A stretch of DNA of 64,000 nucleotides from a virus (taxonomy: Duplodnaviria > Caudoviricetes). The position numbers were made by a program, and so were the translations under genes. The notes beneath the pieces were generated by a model. The model did not search any database and was not told the DNA's origin. It saw only the letters and a list, made by a program, of their open reading frames with translations. Positions 38,530 through 47,102 of this stretch are shown piece after piece. Where the stretch lies: positions 160,001-224,000 of the IMG/VR virus record IMGVR_UViG_2974799246_000001; one strand, given 5' to 3'. Numbering within the stretch: the first letter of the stretch is position 1; the number at the start of each line of letters is the position of its first letter.

Positions 38530-39579
38530 GTGTATTTGACCATGAACAATAAGTCGAATCTCACGGGCGGTCAGATAGAAAGCGTCATGGACACCATGTT
38601 GCATGACTGCCTCCGTGAGATTGTTGAGAACACGGATATCTTCGATGTCCAATTGACCTACTTGTTGGGTCTGGTTACGTCAAATAAAAAGCGAAAGCCA
38701 TACAACGCAGAAACGCGTGAACGTGCTATCAGCCTTCTGATTAAAGCGCTCTCTGTACCGCGTGACCAGAAGATGGTTTTCATTCAGGAACTTAAAATGG
38801 AGCGTAACTTCATTTATGTCTTCCTGGAAAATGTAATTAAGCGGTACTACTCGGTGTATGTCGATTTGTACCGTGCATTCATCACGACGCAAGATCCAAT
38901 CAAGCGTGTGGCATATTCAAAACGACTGGACGTGTATGTGAAGATGTTTGGTGCTGAGTCTCGCTCCAAGCTGTTTGTGGCGTTGTGTCGTTTGAATGAC
39001 CTACTGCCGCAGTTCATGGAATACTTCCACTCGGTAGTTGCTGATTTTTATCGTCTGTGCAGCAAGCAGACCAAATTCTACGTTGATACCAATCGTGGTA
39101 AACTCTACGATAGCAAAGACGTGCGCCAGAACTTCCTGCGTAACGTTATCATTGCAATCAACAAGTATGACTCGTCGCGTGGTGCGATAGTCAGTTATAC
39201 GAAGTGGTGGATTCTGAACGCTCAAACCTGTAGTAGCAGCGAGCATGAATACGGCATCGCCTACACTATTCCCCAGACTCAACGTAAGAAACTGGCGACA
39301 GGTGAAGACACTACTTCTCTGAATTTCTCGGTAAGTCTCGATACTCCAGCCAATGAATCTGATGAAGGTGCGGACGCGTCCCTGCATCAAAAGGTGAGTG
39401 ACCATCATCACCTGGAAGATCACGTTGATAGTGAAAGACGTACCGAAAAACTGAGACTGCTTATTAAGCGCGTTGACCCTCTCGGGGTTGCTCGACTAAC
39501 GATGGACGTTGGCGAGGAGTTCGATAAGTTTGAACTCGAACTCATGCGTAAACATATGCAAGCTCAAGGGCTAGCCTAA
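38530..39579 (+). CDS. Phage sigma70-like RNA polymerase sigma factor
   Basis: Region 2: DVRQ...AINKYDSSRG..SYTKWWI; region 3: SLDTP; start may be ATG 38542. Confidence 0.8.
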   Translation: MYLTMNNKSNLTGGQIESVMDTMLHDCLREIVENTDIFDVQLTYLLGLVTSNKKRKPYNAETRERAISLLIKALSVPRDQKMVFIQELKMERNFIYVFLENVIKRYYSVYVDLYRAFITTQDPIKRVAYSKRLDVYVKMFGAESRSKLFVALCRLNDLLPQFMEYFHSVVADFYRLCSKQTKFYVDTNRGKLYDSKDVRQNFLRNVIIAINKYDSSRGAIVSYTKWWILNAQTCSSSEHEYGIAYTIPQTQRKKLATGEDTTSLNFSVSLDTPANESDEGADASLHQKVSDHHHLEDHVDSERRTEKLRLLIKRVDPLGVARLTMDVGEEFDKFELELMRKHMQAQGLA

Positions 39580-39628
39580 AACTGTAAACAGTGCATATCA
39601 TAGCACAACTCAATATTGAGGAAATATA

Positions 39629-40885
39629 ATGGCACGTGGATTTGGTGACATTCAGGACAACAGCAAACGTGATAGTCTGCGTGAGTCCGAAATCTTTGAA
39701 ATCTTCCCGCTCTCAAAGAAAGCAAACGGCAACTGGGTATCAATCCGCCTGTTAGATCTCGACCTGCTTCCTATCAAGAAGCACTGGATCAAGATCATGG
39801 GCGGCAAAGACAAAGATAAAGAAATCAAAATCCCGCGCATGTGCGTTAACTTCGATCCGGATAATCAGAACAAACCTCTGAACGGTATGAAGTGTCCGTA
39901 CTGCGGTATTGCACACGGCAACGACGAATCTGGTGCCCCAGCGCAGTACGACTACAAGTGGTATGCGCAAGCGATCATTCGTGACGAGCAGGCCGCTGCG
40001 CCGCGTAAAATGCCGAAGCTCTCTAAGAAAGAGCAGAAGACCGGCAAGAAAGAAATGGGCAGCGAAGCATGGACTCCAGTTCAGTGTATTCCGCTGTCTA
40101 ACTCTCTGGCGCAGAAAATCAAAGAGCTGGGCGAGCGTAACATTCATACCGTGAAAGATAAAAAATCCGGTAAGAAGTCCAAGCAAGCGTTCCAGGTCAA
40201 CCATCCGAAGTATGGCTGCGATATTGAAATCAAATACAACGCCAAGAAATCTCCGGCCGAGCGTTACACAATCGAACGCGGTGATCATACACCACTGACC
40301 AGCGATGAAAAAGAATATCTGACCTGGGACTTCGACAACTGGCCAGAAATCTACGACATGCTCGGCCGTCTGAACGAAGAAGCCGCTATGGCAGACTTCA
40401 AGAAGATGGACGTTATCGGCGTTAACACCAACGATTCTGACGATGGTGACGACGATGAAGATGACGACGACATGGCGCTGGGCCGCAAGAAGAAAGGCGG
40501 CAAGGCAGACAAGAAAAAACGTCGCAGCGATGATGACGATGACGACGATGAGGACGAAGACGATGAAGATGATCGTCCGTCGAAGTCGAAAAAGTCTAAG
40601 CCGACCAAGTCTCGCAAAATGCTGGACGACGATGAAGATGACGACGACGAAGACGATGAAGATGATCGTCCGTCGAAGTCGAAGAAGTCTAAGGACAAAA
40701 AGTCCAAGTCTTCTAAAAAGTCCAAGCGTTCCAGCGACGATGACGACGACGAAGACGACAAGCCTGCGAAGAAGAAAAAGAAATCTTCTGACGAGGTGAA
40801 ATCATCCGATAAGAAGAAAAAGAAAAAGTCTTCTGATGACGATGACGACGACGCGCCGAAGAAGAAAAAGAAAAAGAAAAAGTAA
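39629..40885 (+). CDS. gp32-like single-stranded DNA-binding protein with long D/K-block tail
   Basis: IRLL..HW...C...CPYC core; position next to RecA; charged tail. Confidence 0.65.
   Translation: MARGFGDIQDNSKRDSLRESEIFEIFPLSKKANGNWVSIRLLDLDLLPIKKHWIKIMGGKDKDKEIKIPRMCVNFDPDNQNKPLNGMKCPYCGIAHGNDESGAPAQYDYKWYAQAIIRDEQAAAPRKMPKLSKKEQKTGKKEMGSEAWTPVQCIPLSNSLAQKIKELGERNIHTVKDKKSGKKSKQAFQVNHPKYGCDIEIKYNAKKSPAERYTIERGDHTPLTSDEKEYLTWDFDNWPEIYDMLGRLNEEAAMADFKKMDVIGVNTNDSDDGDDDEDDDDMALGRKKKGGKADKKKRRSDDDDDDDEDEDDEDDRPSKSKKSKPTKSRKMLDDDEDDDDEDDEDDRPSKSKKSKDKKSKSSKKSKRSSDDDDDEDDKPAKKKKKSSDEVKSSDKKKKKKSSDDDDDDAPKKKKKKKK
40553..40683 (+). repeat. 38 bp direct repeat within the SSB tail (40553-40590 and 40646-40683)
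   Basis: GACGAAGACGATGAAGATGATCGTCCGTCGAAGTCGAA twice. Confidence 0.85.
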
Positions 40886-40943
40886 TTCGCAACACGGGGT
40901 AGCTTAGGCTGCCCCTTCTTTTCTCAATCTGGACTATCCCACA

Positions 40944-43475
40944 ATGGCGAAAACGAACAACAAGGCTGAGAAGAAGGCCGAGAAGAAAGCTAAAGTCAAA
41001 GCTCTTAAAAGCGGAGAAAAGGCAGTAGCTTCTGATGATATCGGCGGCGTTGAAATTCAAGGCTTCGACCTCGCAAGTTTGATGGACGATGTGCTTGACG
41101 GCATCGAAAAGAAAACGAAAGTAAGTTCGCAGGATGCAGCACGACACGCACCGCGTATCTCAACAGGCTGTCTGGCGCTTGACATGTATTTGTCTGGCGG
41201 TATCGTACCTGGTGGCTGGTACACATTCAGCGGCGGTGAGCAGTCATGTAAGTCAACAATGACCATGAGCATTATGGCGAGCCTGATTCGTCTGAAATAC
41301 TCTGGCATTAGCGTGGTGTTCGACTACGAAGGTTCAACCGATGCCGAGTACGTTGCTGGTCAGTTGAAAACGTTCGGCGTTAAGGTCGACCCGAAAACTA
41401 TCTTCGGTGTGCGTGACGATAAAGACGGTAGCTGGATCGTTAAGCCCAAGATCCGTTACTACGCACCAGACAACGGTGAGCGCTTCTTCGATTATATGTC
41501 GATGCTGCGTCGTCGTCTGCCTGACAAAATCGTTGAGAAAGACGGCACCGCGTATTACATCTTTGAGAACAACAAAGAGAACGCGAAGAAGCTGGCAGGC
41601 AAGTACGATAAGAAATGGTTCAGCCGTAACAACCAGTTCAAAGTACCTGCGCCAGACGGTCACATGCAGGCGATGGTTATCGTTGACTCCTATCCTGCGA
41701 TGATGCCAGATCAGGTCGATGACGATGACGGCTCGAAAGCAATGGCGCTGCAAGCGCGTATGTTCTCTGACGGCATCAAACGTTTCCGTGGCGGTATGCG
41801 TCGTAAGATGATGACTATCGTTGGCGTTAACCAGTTGCGTCAGAAGCCCGCAGTAATGTTCGGCAGCCCTGAGTATGAGCCTGGTGGTGATGCGTTGAAG
41901 TTCTATTGCTTCGACCGTGACACTCTGATTCGTACTGACCACGGCGTGTTGACTGCACCGCAGATCAAAGCGCTGATGGACGAAGGCAAAGAAGTTGCCG
42001 TTGAGTCGTTCGATGGTTATCAGAAAATCAATGGTGCGTGGCAGGTTGAAGACGCTCCGTTCCCGTTCGAACTGAATGCTGGTGGTCATGTGTATGTCGG
42101 CTCGGCCGAACATCGCCAGTTCACGTTCATGCACGATCTGACTGCCGAAGGTACTCCAGTTCTGCGTCCTGAATGGAACACGCTGAATCAACTGGCTCAG
42201 TACCCAGAGCAGAAAGGTCAGTACGCTGGTCTGCGTGTACCACCAGTTAAGGAACTGAAAGAGAATGTTCCTGACGCCTTCGATGAAGCCTCACAACTGG
42301 TAAGCAATCTGCTTGGAAACTGTGACCCTGTTAGCAAGCAACTGCCTCTGGTGACTCATGGTGATACCACCTACGCCGCAAACTGTCTGTTCATCGACAC
42401 TGTGGGCGAAGACACCGACACTGGTTCGTTCTCGTTCTGGGTAGAGAAGTTACTGGCCATCGGCGTATTTGCTTACGCTGACGAAAGCGGTATCTGGATT
42501 CCAGGTCTGAACAAACACGAACTGGAAGCGGCTGTAGCGCAGGACGAACTCGGTGCGTTTGCTGGTATCAGTTTTGAAGCGACCTGTCGTCAACGTCAGA
42601 CTCAAATGCTGACCGTGATTGTTGATCACTTCCCAGAGCTGGTGCGTTACGTTCTGGACTATCAGTTGCAGACAGGTGAAGATAAAATCTATCTGGCTCC
42701 TGAGCAGGACTTCGCACAGGCGCTTGACCTGATTCTGCACAAAGAGATCGCTGACTACGATGACATGTACGACCTGCTGATGTTCCAGCTGGCGTATGTC
42801 GATGACTGGTACAACTTCGACTCTGCAATTCTGCCTGTGCCGTTTACGCTTCGTGCGCTCAACGAACAGCGTGAGTTCTGGGACGTGAACGTTGAAGAAA
42901 CGTCGGTAGTAATCACCAACGGCTTCGTCAGTCACAACAGCGACGTGCGTGTGCGTCTGGCTTCTCGTGCGGTACCAGAAGGCTGGCCGAAACTGAAAGA
43001 TGCTCCTGGCATCGTCGGTGAGAAGTCGGTAACAGTTGAAGGCGGTACTGACCGCTATCGCTTCATCGCTGCTAAGACCATTAAGAACAAGATGGGCGGC
43101 ATCCCTAACCAGCAGACGTGGTTACGTTTGTGGGAAGCTGACGGTAACGGTGAAGCTCGCGGCTTCGACCCAGTGTTCGATACGTGGCACTACCTGAAAA
43201 CTCTGGGTCTGGTCAACGGTAGCCGTAAGTCTTTCAAGCTGAAAGCGCCGTGCCCGCTCGCATCTGATGTTAAGATGGATTGGGATGACTTCCGTACACT
43301 CATCAACGGCAGCAAAGAGCAAGTTGTTGGCGTGTGTAAGAAACTGAAAGTCAAACCTGCTGGCCTGCGTCTGTGGTGCTTCAAGTTCGTTCAGTCCACT
43401 AAGGGCAACGAAATGTTGAAGAACGCAATCAGTAAGTCTGCCAAGAAGTCTGATGACGACGACGGCGACGAGTAA
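40944..43475 (+). CDS. recA: RecA/UvsX recombinase containing an intein
   Basis: ISTG.LALD..L.GG, GGEQSCKST, IVDS, NQLR, PGGDALKFY|S.VR and KNK. Confidence 0.9.
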   Translation: MAKTNNKAEKKAEKKAKVKALKSGEKAVASDDIGGVEIQGFDLASLMDDVLDGIEKKTKVSSQDAARHAPRISTGCLALDMYLSGGIVPGGWYTFSGGEQSCKSTMTMSIMASLIRLKYSGISVVFDYEGSTDAEYVAGQLKTFGVKVDPKTIFGVRDDKDGSWIVKPKIRYYAPDNGERFFDYMSMLRRRLPDKIVEKDGTAYYIFENNKENAKKLAGKYDKKWFSRNNQFKVPAPDGHMQAMVIVDSYPAMMPDQVDDDDGSKAMALQARMFSDGIKRFRGGMRRKMMTIVGVNQLRQKPAVMFGSPEYEPGGDALKFYCFDRDTLIRTDHGVLTAPQIKALMDEGKEVAVESFDGYQKINGAWQVEDAPFPFELNAGGHVYVGSAEHRQFTFMHDLTAEGTPVLRPEWNTLNQLAQYPEQKGQYAGLRVPPVKELKENVPDAFDEASQLVSNLLGNCDPVSKQLPLVTHGDTTYAANCLFIDTVGEDTDTGSFSFWVEKLLAIGVFAYADESGIWIPGLNKHELEAAVAQDELGAFAGISFEATCRQRQTQMLTVIVDHFPELVRYVLDYQLQTGEDKIYLAPEQDFAQALDLILHKEIADYDDMYDLLMFQLAYVDDWYNFDSAILPVPFTLRALNEQREFWDVNVEETSVVITNGFVSHNSDVRVRLASRAVPEGWPKLKDAPGIVGEKSVTVEGGTDRYRFIAAKTIKNKMGGIPNQQTWLRLWEADGNGEARGFDPVFDTWHYLKTLGLVNGSRKSFKLKAPCPLASDVKMDWDDFRTLINGSKEQVVGVCKKLKVKPAGLRLWCFKFVQSTKGNEMLKNAISKSAKKSDDDDGDE
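41907..42938 (+). mobile_element. Intein (344 aa) in RecA
   Basis: Starts CFDRDTLI and ends NGFVSHN, followed by Ser; block B-like SAEHR; removal restores LKFYS.VR. Confidence 0.9.
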
Positions 43476-43517
43476 TAAATAGGCGGGCTTCGGCTCGCCC
43501 TTTCTCTGGAGAAAGAA

Positions 43518-43946
43518 ATGCGCACTCAAATCTATACGGCTGATATCGTCAATCTGGAAACAGTGGTCGTTGACGAAGAAGGCCAAGAGACACGCAGTCC
43601 GACAATCGTTCCTAATCTCGAAGGCGAACGTGATCTGACTGTTAGCACTCTCGGTACTATCATGGCTACCGTGACCGCTGAACCAAATCCTGACGCTCGC
43701 ATGATCGTTTTGGTGTCTCGCGCCCTGTTCCCTGCTTTCGCAGACCCTGAAGGTGACCTGTTCGATATCTTCGATCCAATCGAACGCGTTGCTGATGTTG
43801 TTGCTGGAAACGTTGGCAGCATTCTCGGTATGCAGGTAGTAATCAACGATAAGTCCGACGACAACGTTCTGGCTATCGCTGATGTTCTCGATAACGAAGC
43901 TGGCGTTACTATTCGCACCTTCGGCGCTGCGCTCGTTCGCGCGTAA
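43518..43946 (+). CDS. Hypothetical protein
   Basis: GGAG RBS. Confidence 0.65.
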   Translation: MRTQIYTADIVNLETVVVDEEGQETRSPTIVPNLEGERDLTVSTLGTIMATVTAEPNPDARMIVLVSRALFPAFADPEGDLFDIFDPIERVADVVAGNVGSILGMQVVINDKSDDNVLAIADVLDNEAGVTIRTFGAALVRA

Positions 43947-43987
43947 GTAAACTTGTGCGGGAAAGCATTATCCCGCACAATCCCTCT

Positions 43988-44040
43988 CTCGATAGGCAAT
44001 ACGCCACGAGAAAACAAATCACTCGATAGGCAATACGCCA
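43988..44040 (+). repeat. 19 bp direct repeat CTCGATAGGCAATACGCCA x2 with a 15 bp spacer
   Basis: Copies at 43988-44006 and 44022-44040. Confidence 0.9.
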
Positions 44041-44050
44041 GGAGTAATGT

Positions 44051-44752
44051 ATGAAAAAGATTCAACACGTAACACTTCCGACCGATGCACTCAACGGACT
44101 CATTCACGGTTATTACCACCACAGCAAAACCACTGATGAATTTTGCAGATCGTTGATCTATATTGACGTGACCGCCCGCAGCGCCTCAGATGCGCTGTAT
44201 GCTATATTGAAACGTGAGCCGACAAAAGGCATTGTCCCTATGGGATATGATTGCTTACGAGAAGCACGTGGGCACACTGCTCCAGCACAACTCGCAATCG
44301 TATTGTCCAGCAACCTGTTGCATATAGATAATACGAAGATGGCCAGAGGCGTACAGGCCATCTTTAATGCTCTGGCCATAACCACGCACACAAACGATAC
44401 TCAAATAACTGTGTACGGCGAGCCTGGAGTAAGTAAGATTCTCAACATAATGCGCGACATTCAATATAAAGAATATATTAACGCGCCTGAATCCGACATT
44501 GTGCTTGGCGACTTTAACCTTGAGTCGAACATGACTATAGACCATTTCGTTCACATGGCTATCGATCCTAAGTTCGAAGAAGCTATTCGCAATTCTCCTG
44601 CCACAGAATTTAAACTGGGCAGCAGTTTCATGTTCATGCACCCAGATGAATTGGCTAAGGTTGTACGCATGGTCCGCCGTTGCAGTAAAATCTGCATCAT
44701 GCACCCTGACATTCATCGCTATTACTTTGAGAACGTAATCTGTAAATACTAA
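44051..44752 (+). CDS. Hypothetical protein, paralog of 45902-46669
   Basis: Shared QH..P, RSL, G..F...H.D.L and H.D..R..FE. Confidence 0.6.
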   Translation: MKKIQHVTLPTDALNGLIHGYYHHSKTTDEFCRSLIYIDVTARSASDALYAILKREPTKGIVPMGYDCLREARGHTAPAQLAIVLSSNLLHIDNTKMARGVQAIFNALAITTHTNDTQITVYGEPGVSKILNIMRDIQYKEYINAPESDIVLGDFNLESNMTIDHFVHMAIDPKFEEAIRNSPATEFKLGSSFMFMHPDELAKVVRMVRRCSKICIMHPDIHRYYFENVICKY

Positions 44753-44854
44753 TCACCAAACCGAACACATTGCTGTGTGTAGTCTAGCCCGACTTGGGCA
44801 GGGGAGAGCCGGATGGCCTCCCCATTTTTTTATCTACACGCTGCGGAGAACAGT

Positions 44855-45856
44855 ATGTCTAAAACGAAGTCAACGCCACAGACCTTTCTCGATCTATTCC
44901 TAAAAGACGTTAAGCTCTTTCTGCCTAGATTCGACAAAGGGCTGGACGCGTACTTATTAAAGTGCAAAGGCAAGCCGGGTCCTTATGGTGTATCGCTTCA
45001 TCAATACATGAAGTGGCTAAATCCTGTAGCGCGACTTCCTGCCAACGCAAGCGAAGTGTCTATCATCACATCAGGCTACCTGCATTACTTTTGGCAGCTC
45101 GCTAAACCTAACTTTGTGTTGGAGCCTGTGCTTGTCAATCACTTGGTTGAGTCTGTGTTGCCAGACGAACTCCCGGCTGAGATTCTTCAACGTCTGCCTT
45201 ACTGGAGTCAGTGGATTACGTTGCCTCTACATCTGATAAGCAAAGACAATATTCTGGATCTGGACTTCGATGGTGCTTTCGTTGGGTATACATCAATCGA
45301 CAACAGACCTGCGCTTGTCCTTGCTGCGCCGTTTGTCTCCAACAATCAAAGCATTCGTTCGAACGACTTCACGCCGTTCGTTACATCTCATGTGTTTCTG
45401 GATGCTCCTGTACGTCCAGAGTTTTTGGTGAGGAACAGTCACATCCTTAACGTTGCCTCTGACGCAATGAGCAAAGAAGCCTACGCAACACTGATAATCA
45501 ACATTCACCACTTCTTGGTGAAAGTGATCAACTGTGTCATGTATATCTGCTCTCAACAGGAAGCATTGTATCAGGAAGGTCATTCTCAACCTAAGCCTCA
45601 GCGTTTAGGTAAGAGCTATCGCATCACGCCACCGAAAGATGATCGCATGATCACGGTAGGCGCCGAGATGACCAGGATTCTCAAAGACTTCGAAGCAGAA
45701 GTCGAAGCGTGTACTCGCGCTTTCAATGGGCGTAAGCCGCATATACGAAAAGCGCACTACCACCACTTCTGGACAGGACCGAAAGTAGGAGTTCGTAGCC
45801 TTGTCTGCAAGTGGTTGCCACCAAGTATTGTTCGCGGCACTATCGTAGAGCAATAA
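44855..45856 (+). CDS. AcrVA2/FinQ-family-like protein
   Basis: LPDELP.EIL.RLP.W, MYIC and C-terminal KPHIRKAHYHHFWTG...KW.P..V match recalled AcrVA2 motifs. Confidence 0.65.
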   Translation: MSKTKSTPQTFLDLFLKDVKLFLPRFDKGLDAYLLKCKGKPGPYGVSLHQYMKWLNPVARLPANASEVSIITSGYLHYFWQLAKPNFVLEPVLVNHLVESVLPDELPAEILQRLPYWSQWITLPLHLISKDNILDLDFDGAFVGYTSIDNRPALVLAAPFVSNNQSIRSNDFTPFVTSHVFLDAPVRPEFLVRNSHILNVASDAMSKEAYATLIINIHHFLVKVINCVMYICSQQEALYQEGHSQPKPQRLGKSYRITPPKDDRMITVGAEMTRILKDFEAEVEACTRAFNGRKPHIRKAHYHHFWTGPKVGVRSLVCKWLPPSIVRGTIVEQ

Positions 45857-45901
45857 CTTTTATCTCAACTCCACGTATGGGCGTTATGCCCGGAGACTAT
45901 T

Positions 45902-46669
45902 ATGAAATCTCGTGTACAACATGCGTATATTCCTGATATGGAATCGTTTGACCCTTACGTCCGTTCTCTGTGCCATATGGCGCGAGCACTGGACACATCG
46001 AATGCTAACTACGGTAAACTGAAACGTGTCGTGATAATCGGCACTTCGAAGCGCGTGGTCGAAGCCTACGTTAAGCAGTTACTCAACACAAACAACCTGC
46101 CGCACACTCTCATTTGCTTTGGCGTAGACGAACCGCCTATCAGTCACCGCGATTATACCTACGCTGGCGCCCACGTTGTGCTGATGCACGACCTGACCTA
46201 CGTTGATAGCGGTACGATGGGCAAAGTCGCCACGCGTGTGATTGAAATCATCGACAGCCTCAAACAGAAGCCTGGCGAAACAGAACTTAAAAATTCCGAG
46301 CTGTCTATGGTGTATTCGAATCCTCTGCTGTGGCGATCCATTATCGACTACGGTGCTTCCGTTTCTCTGCGCATGAATGGCAGCAACATTGAATACCGTA
46401 GCGGTCTGGTGTCGTCTATTGGCTTCGATGCGTTGCTGCGTTGTGAAAGCAATGCAGACTACCATGAACTTCGCGCTGATACGATTACGATCGGTCTGGA
46501 GTTCTTCTGCGTACACACGGACTACCTGCTGTCAAAAGTACACAACCTGCTGTGGTCACTTGCATGTGATGATTGCAAGTTCAAAAAGACGCACCGTATT
46601 ATCTTCCATGAAGACTTCCGACGCTTATTCTTCGAAGAATATCTCTTGAGGGACTTCCAGGGCTTTTAA
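45902..46669 (+). CDS. Hypothetical protein, paralog of 44051-44752
   Basis: Shared motifs; GGAG RBS. Confidence 0.6.
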   Translation: MKSRVQHAYIPDMESFDPYVRSLCHMARALDTSNANYGKLKRVVIIGTSKRVVEAYVKQLLNTNNLPHTLICFGVDEPPISHRDYTYAGAHVVLMHDLTYVDSGTMGKVATRVIEIIDSLKQKPGETELKNSELSMVYSNPLLWRSIIDYGASVSLRMNGSNIEYRSGLVSSIGFDALLRCESNADYHELRADTITIGLEFFCVHTDYLLSKVHNLLWSLACDDCKFKKTHRIIFHEDFRRLFFEEYLLRDFQGF

Positions 46670-46742
46670 GATTATTCTTAGCCTGCTCTCTAATTTCAAT
46701 ATGTTGGCAAGTAGTGCTGACATATCGTTATTGGAGAATAAC

Positions 46743-47003
46743 ATGTGCGAACGTAGCCATTTGCGGTTGAAGTACCTCGCACGGTCATCTGGCTGGTGCA
46801 ATAATAAAGTAAACGCTTGTAGTGAGCGGAAGGCGAAGAATGTACAATGCGAAGAATTTTTGGCAGCGACCAAAGATTGCCGCAGCGAACAGAAGTCGTC
46901 CAGTGTTGTTTCATTCTTCAAAGGTCATGAGCTGGTTGGTCAGGCTATATGGCATGAGATAGAGGGAGACAGCACACTTCAATTCCGGTTGCTACTTGCT
47001 TAA
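46743..47003 (+). CDS. Hypothetical protein
   Basis: GGAG RBS; CTAATTT at 46690. Confidence 0.45.
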   Translation: MCERSHLRLKYLARSSGWCNNKVNACSERKAKNVQCEEFLAATKDCRSEQKSSSVVSFFKGHELVGQAIWHEIEGDSTLQFRLLLA

Positions 47004-47102
47004 CGACAGAGGGCCTTTCAGAGTAATATCTGGTGGGCCCTTTCTTCTTTCTATGCTAATTTTGCCTGTCACTAACACACCAACCGACTTCGGGGTATCA
47101 CT

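Noticed and set aside
43988-44040. Mini-CRISPR interpretation of the direct repeat
   Set aside because: Only two 19 bp copies with a 15 bp spacer, far from the Cas4-like gene
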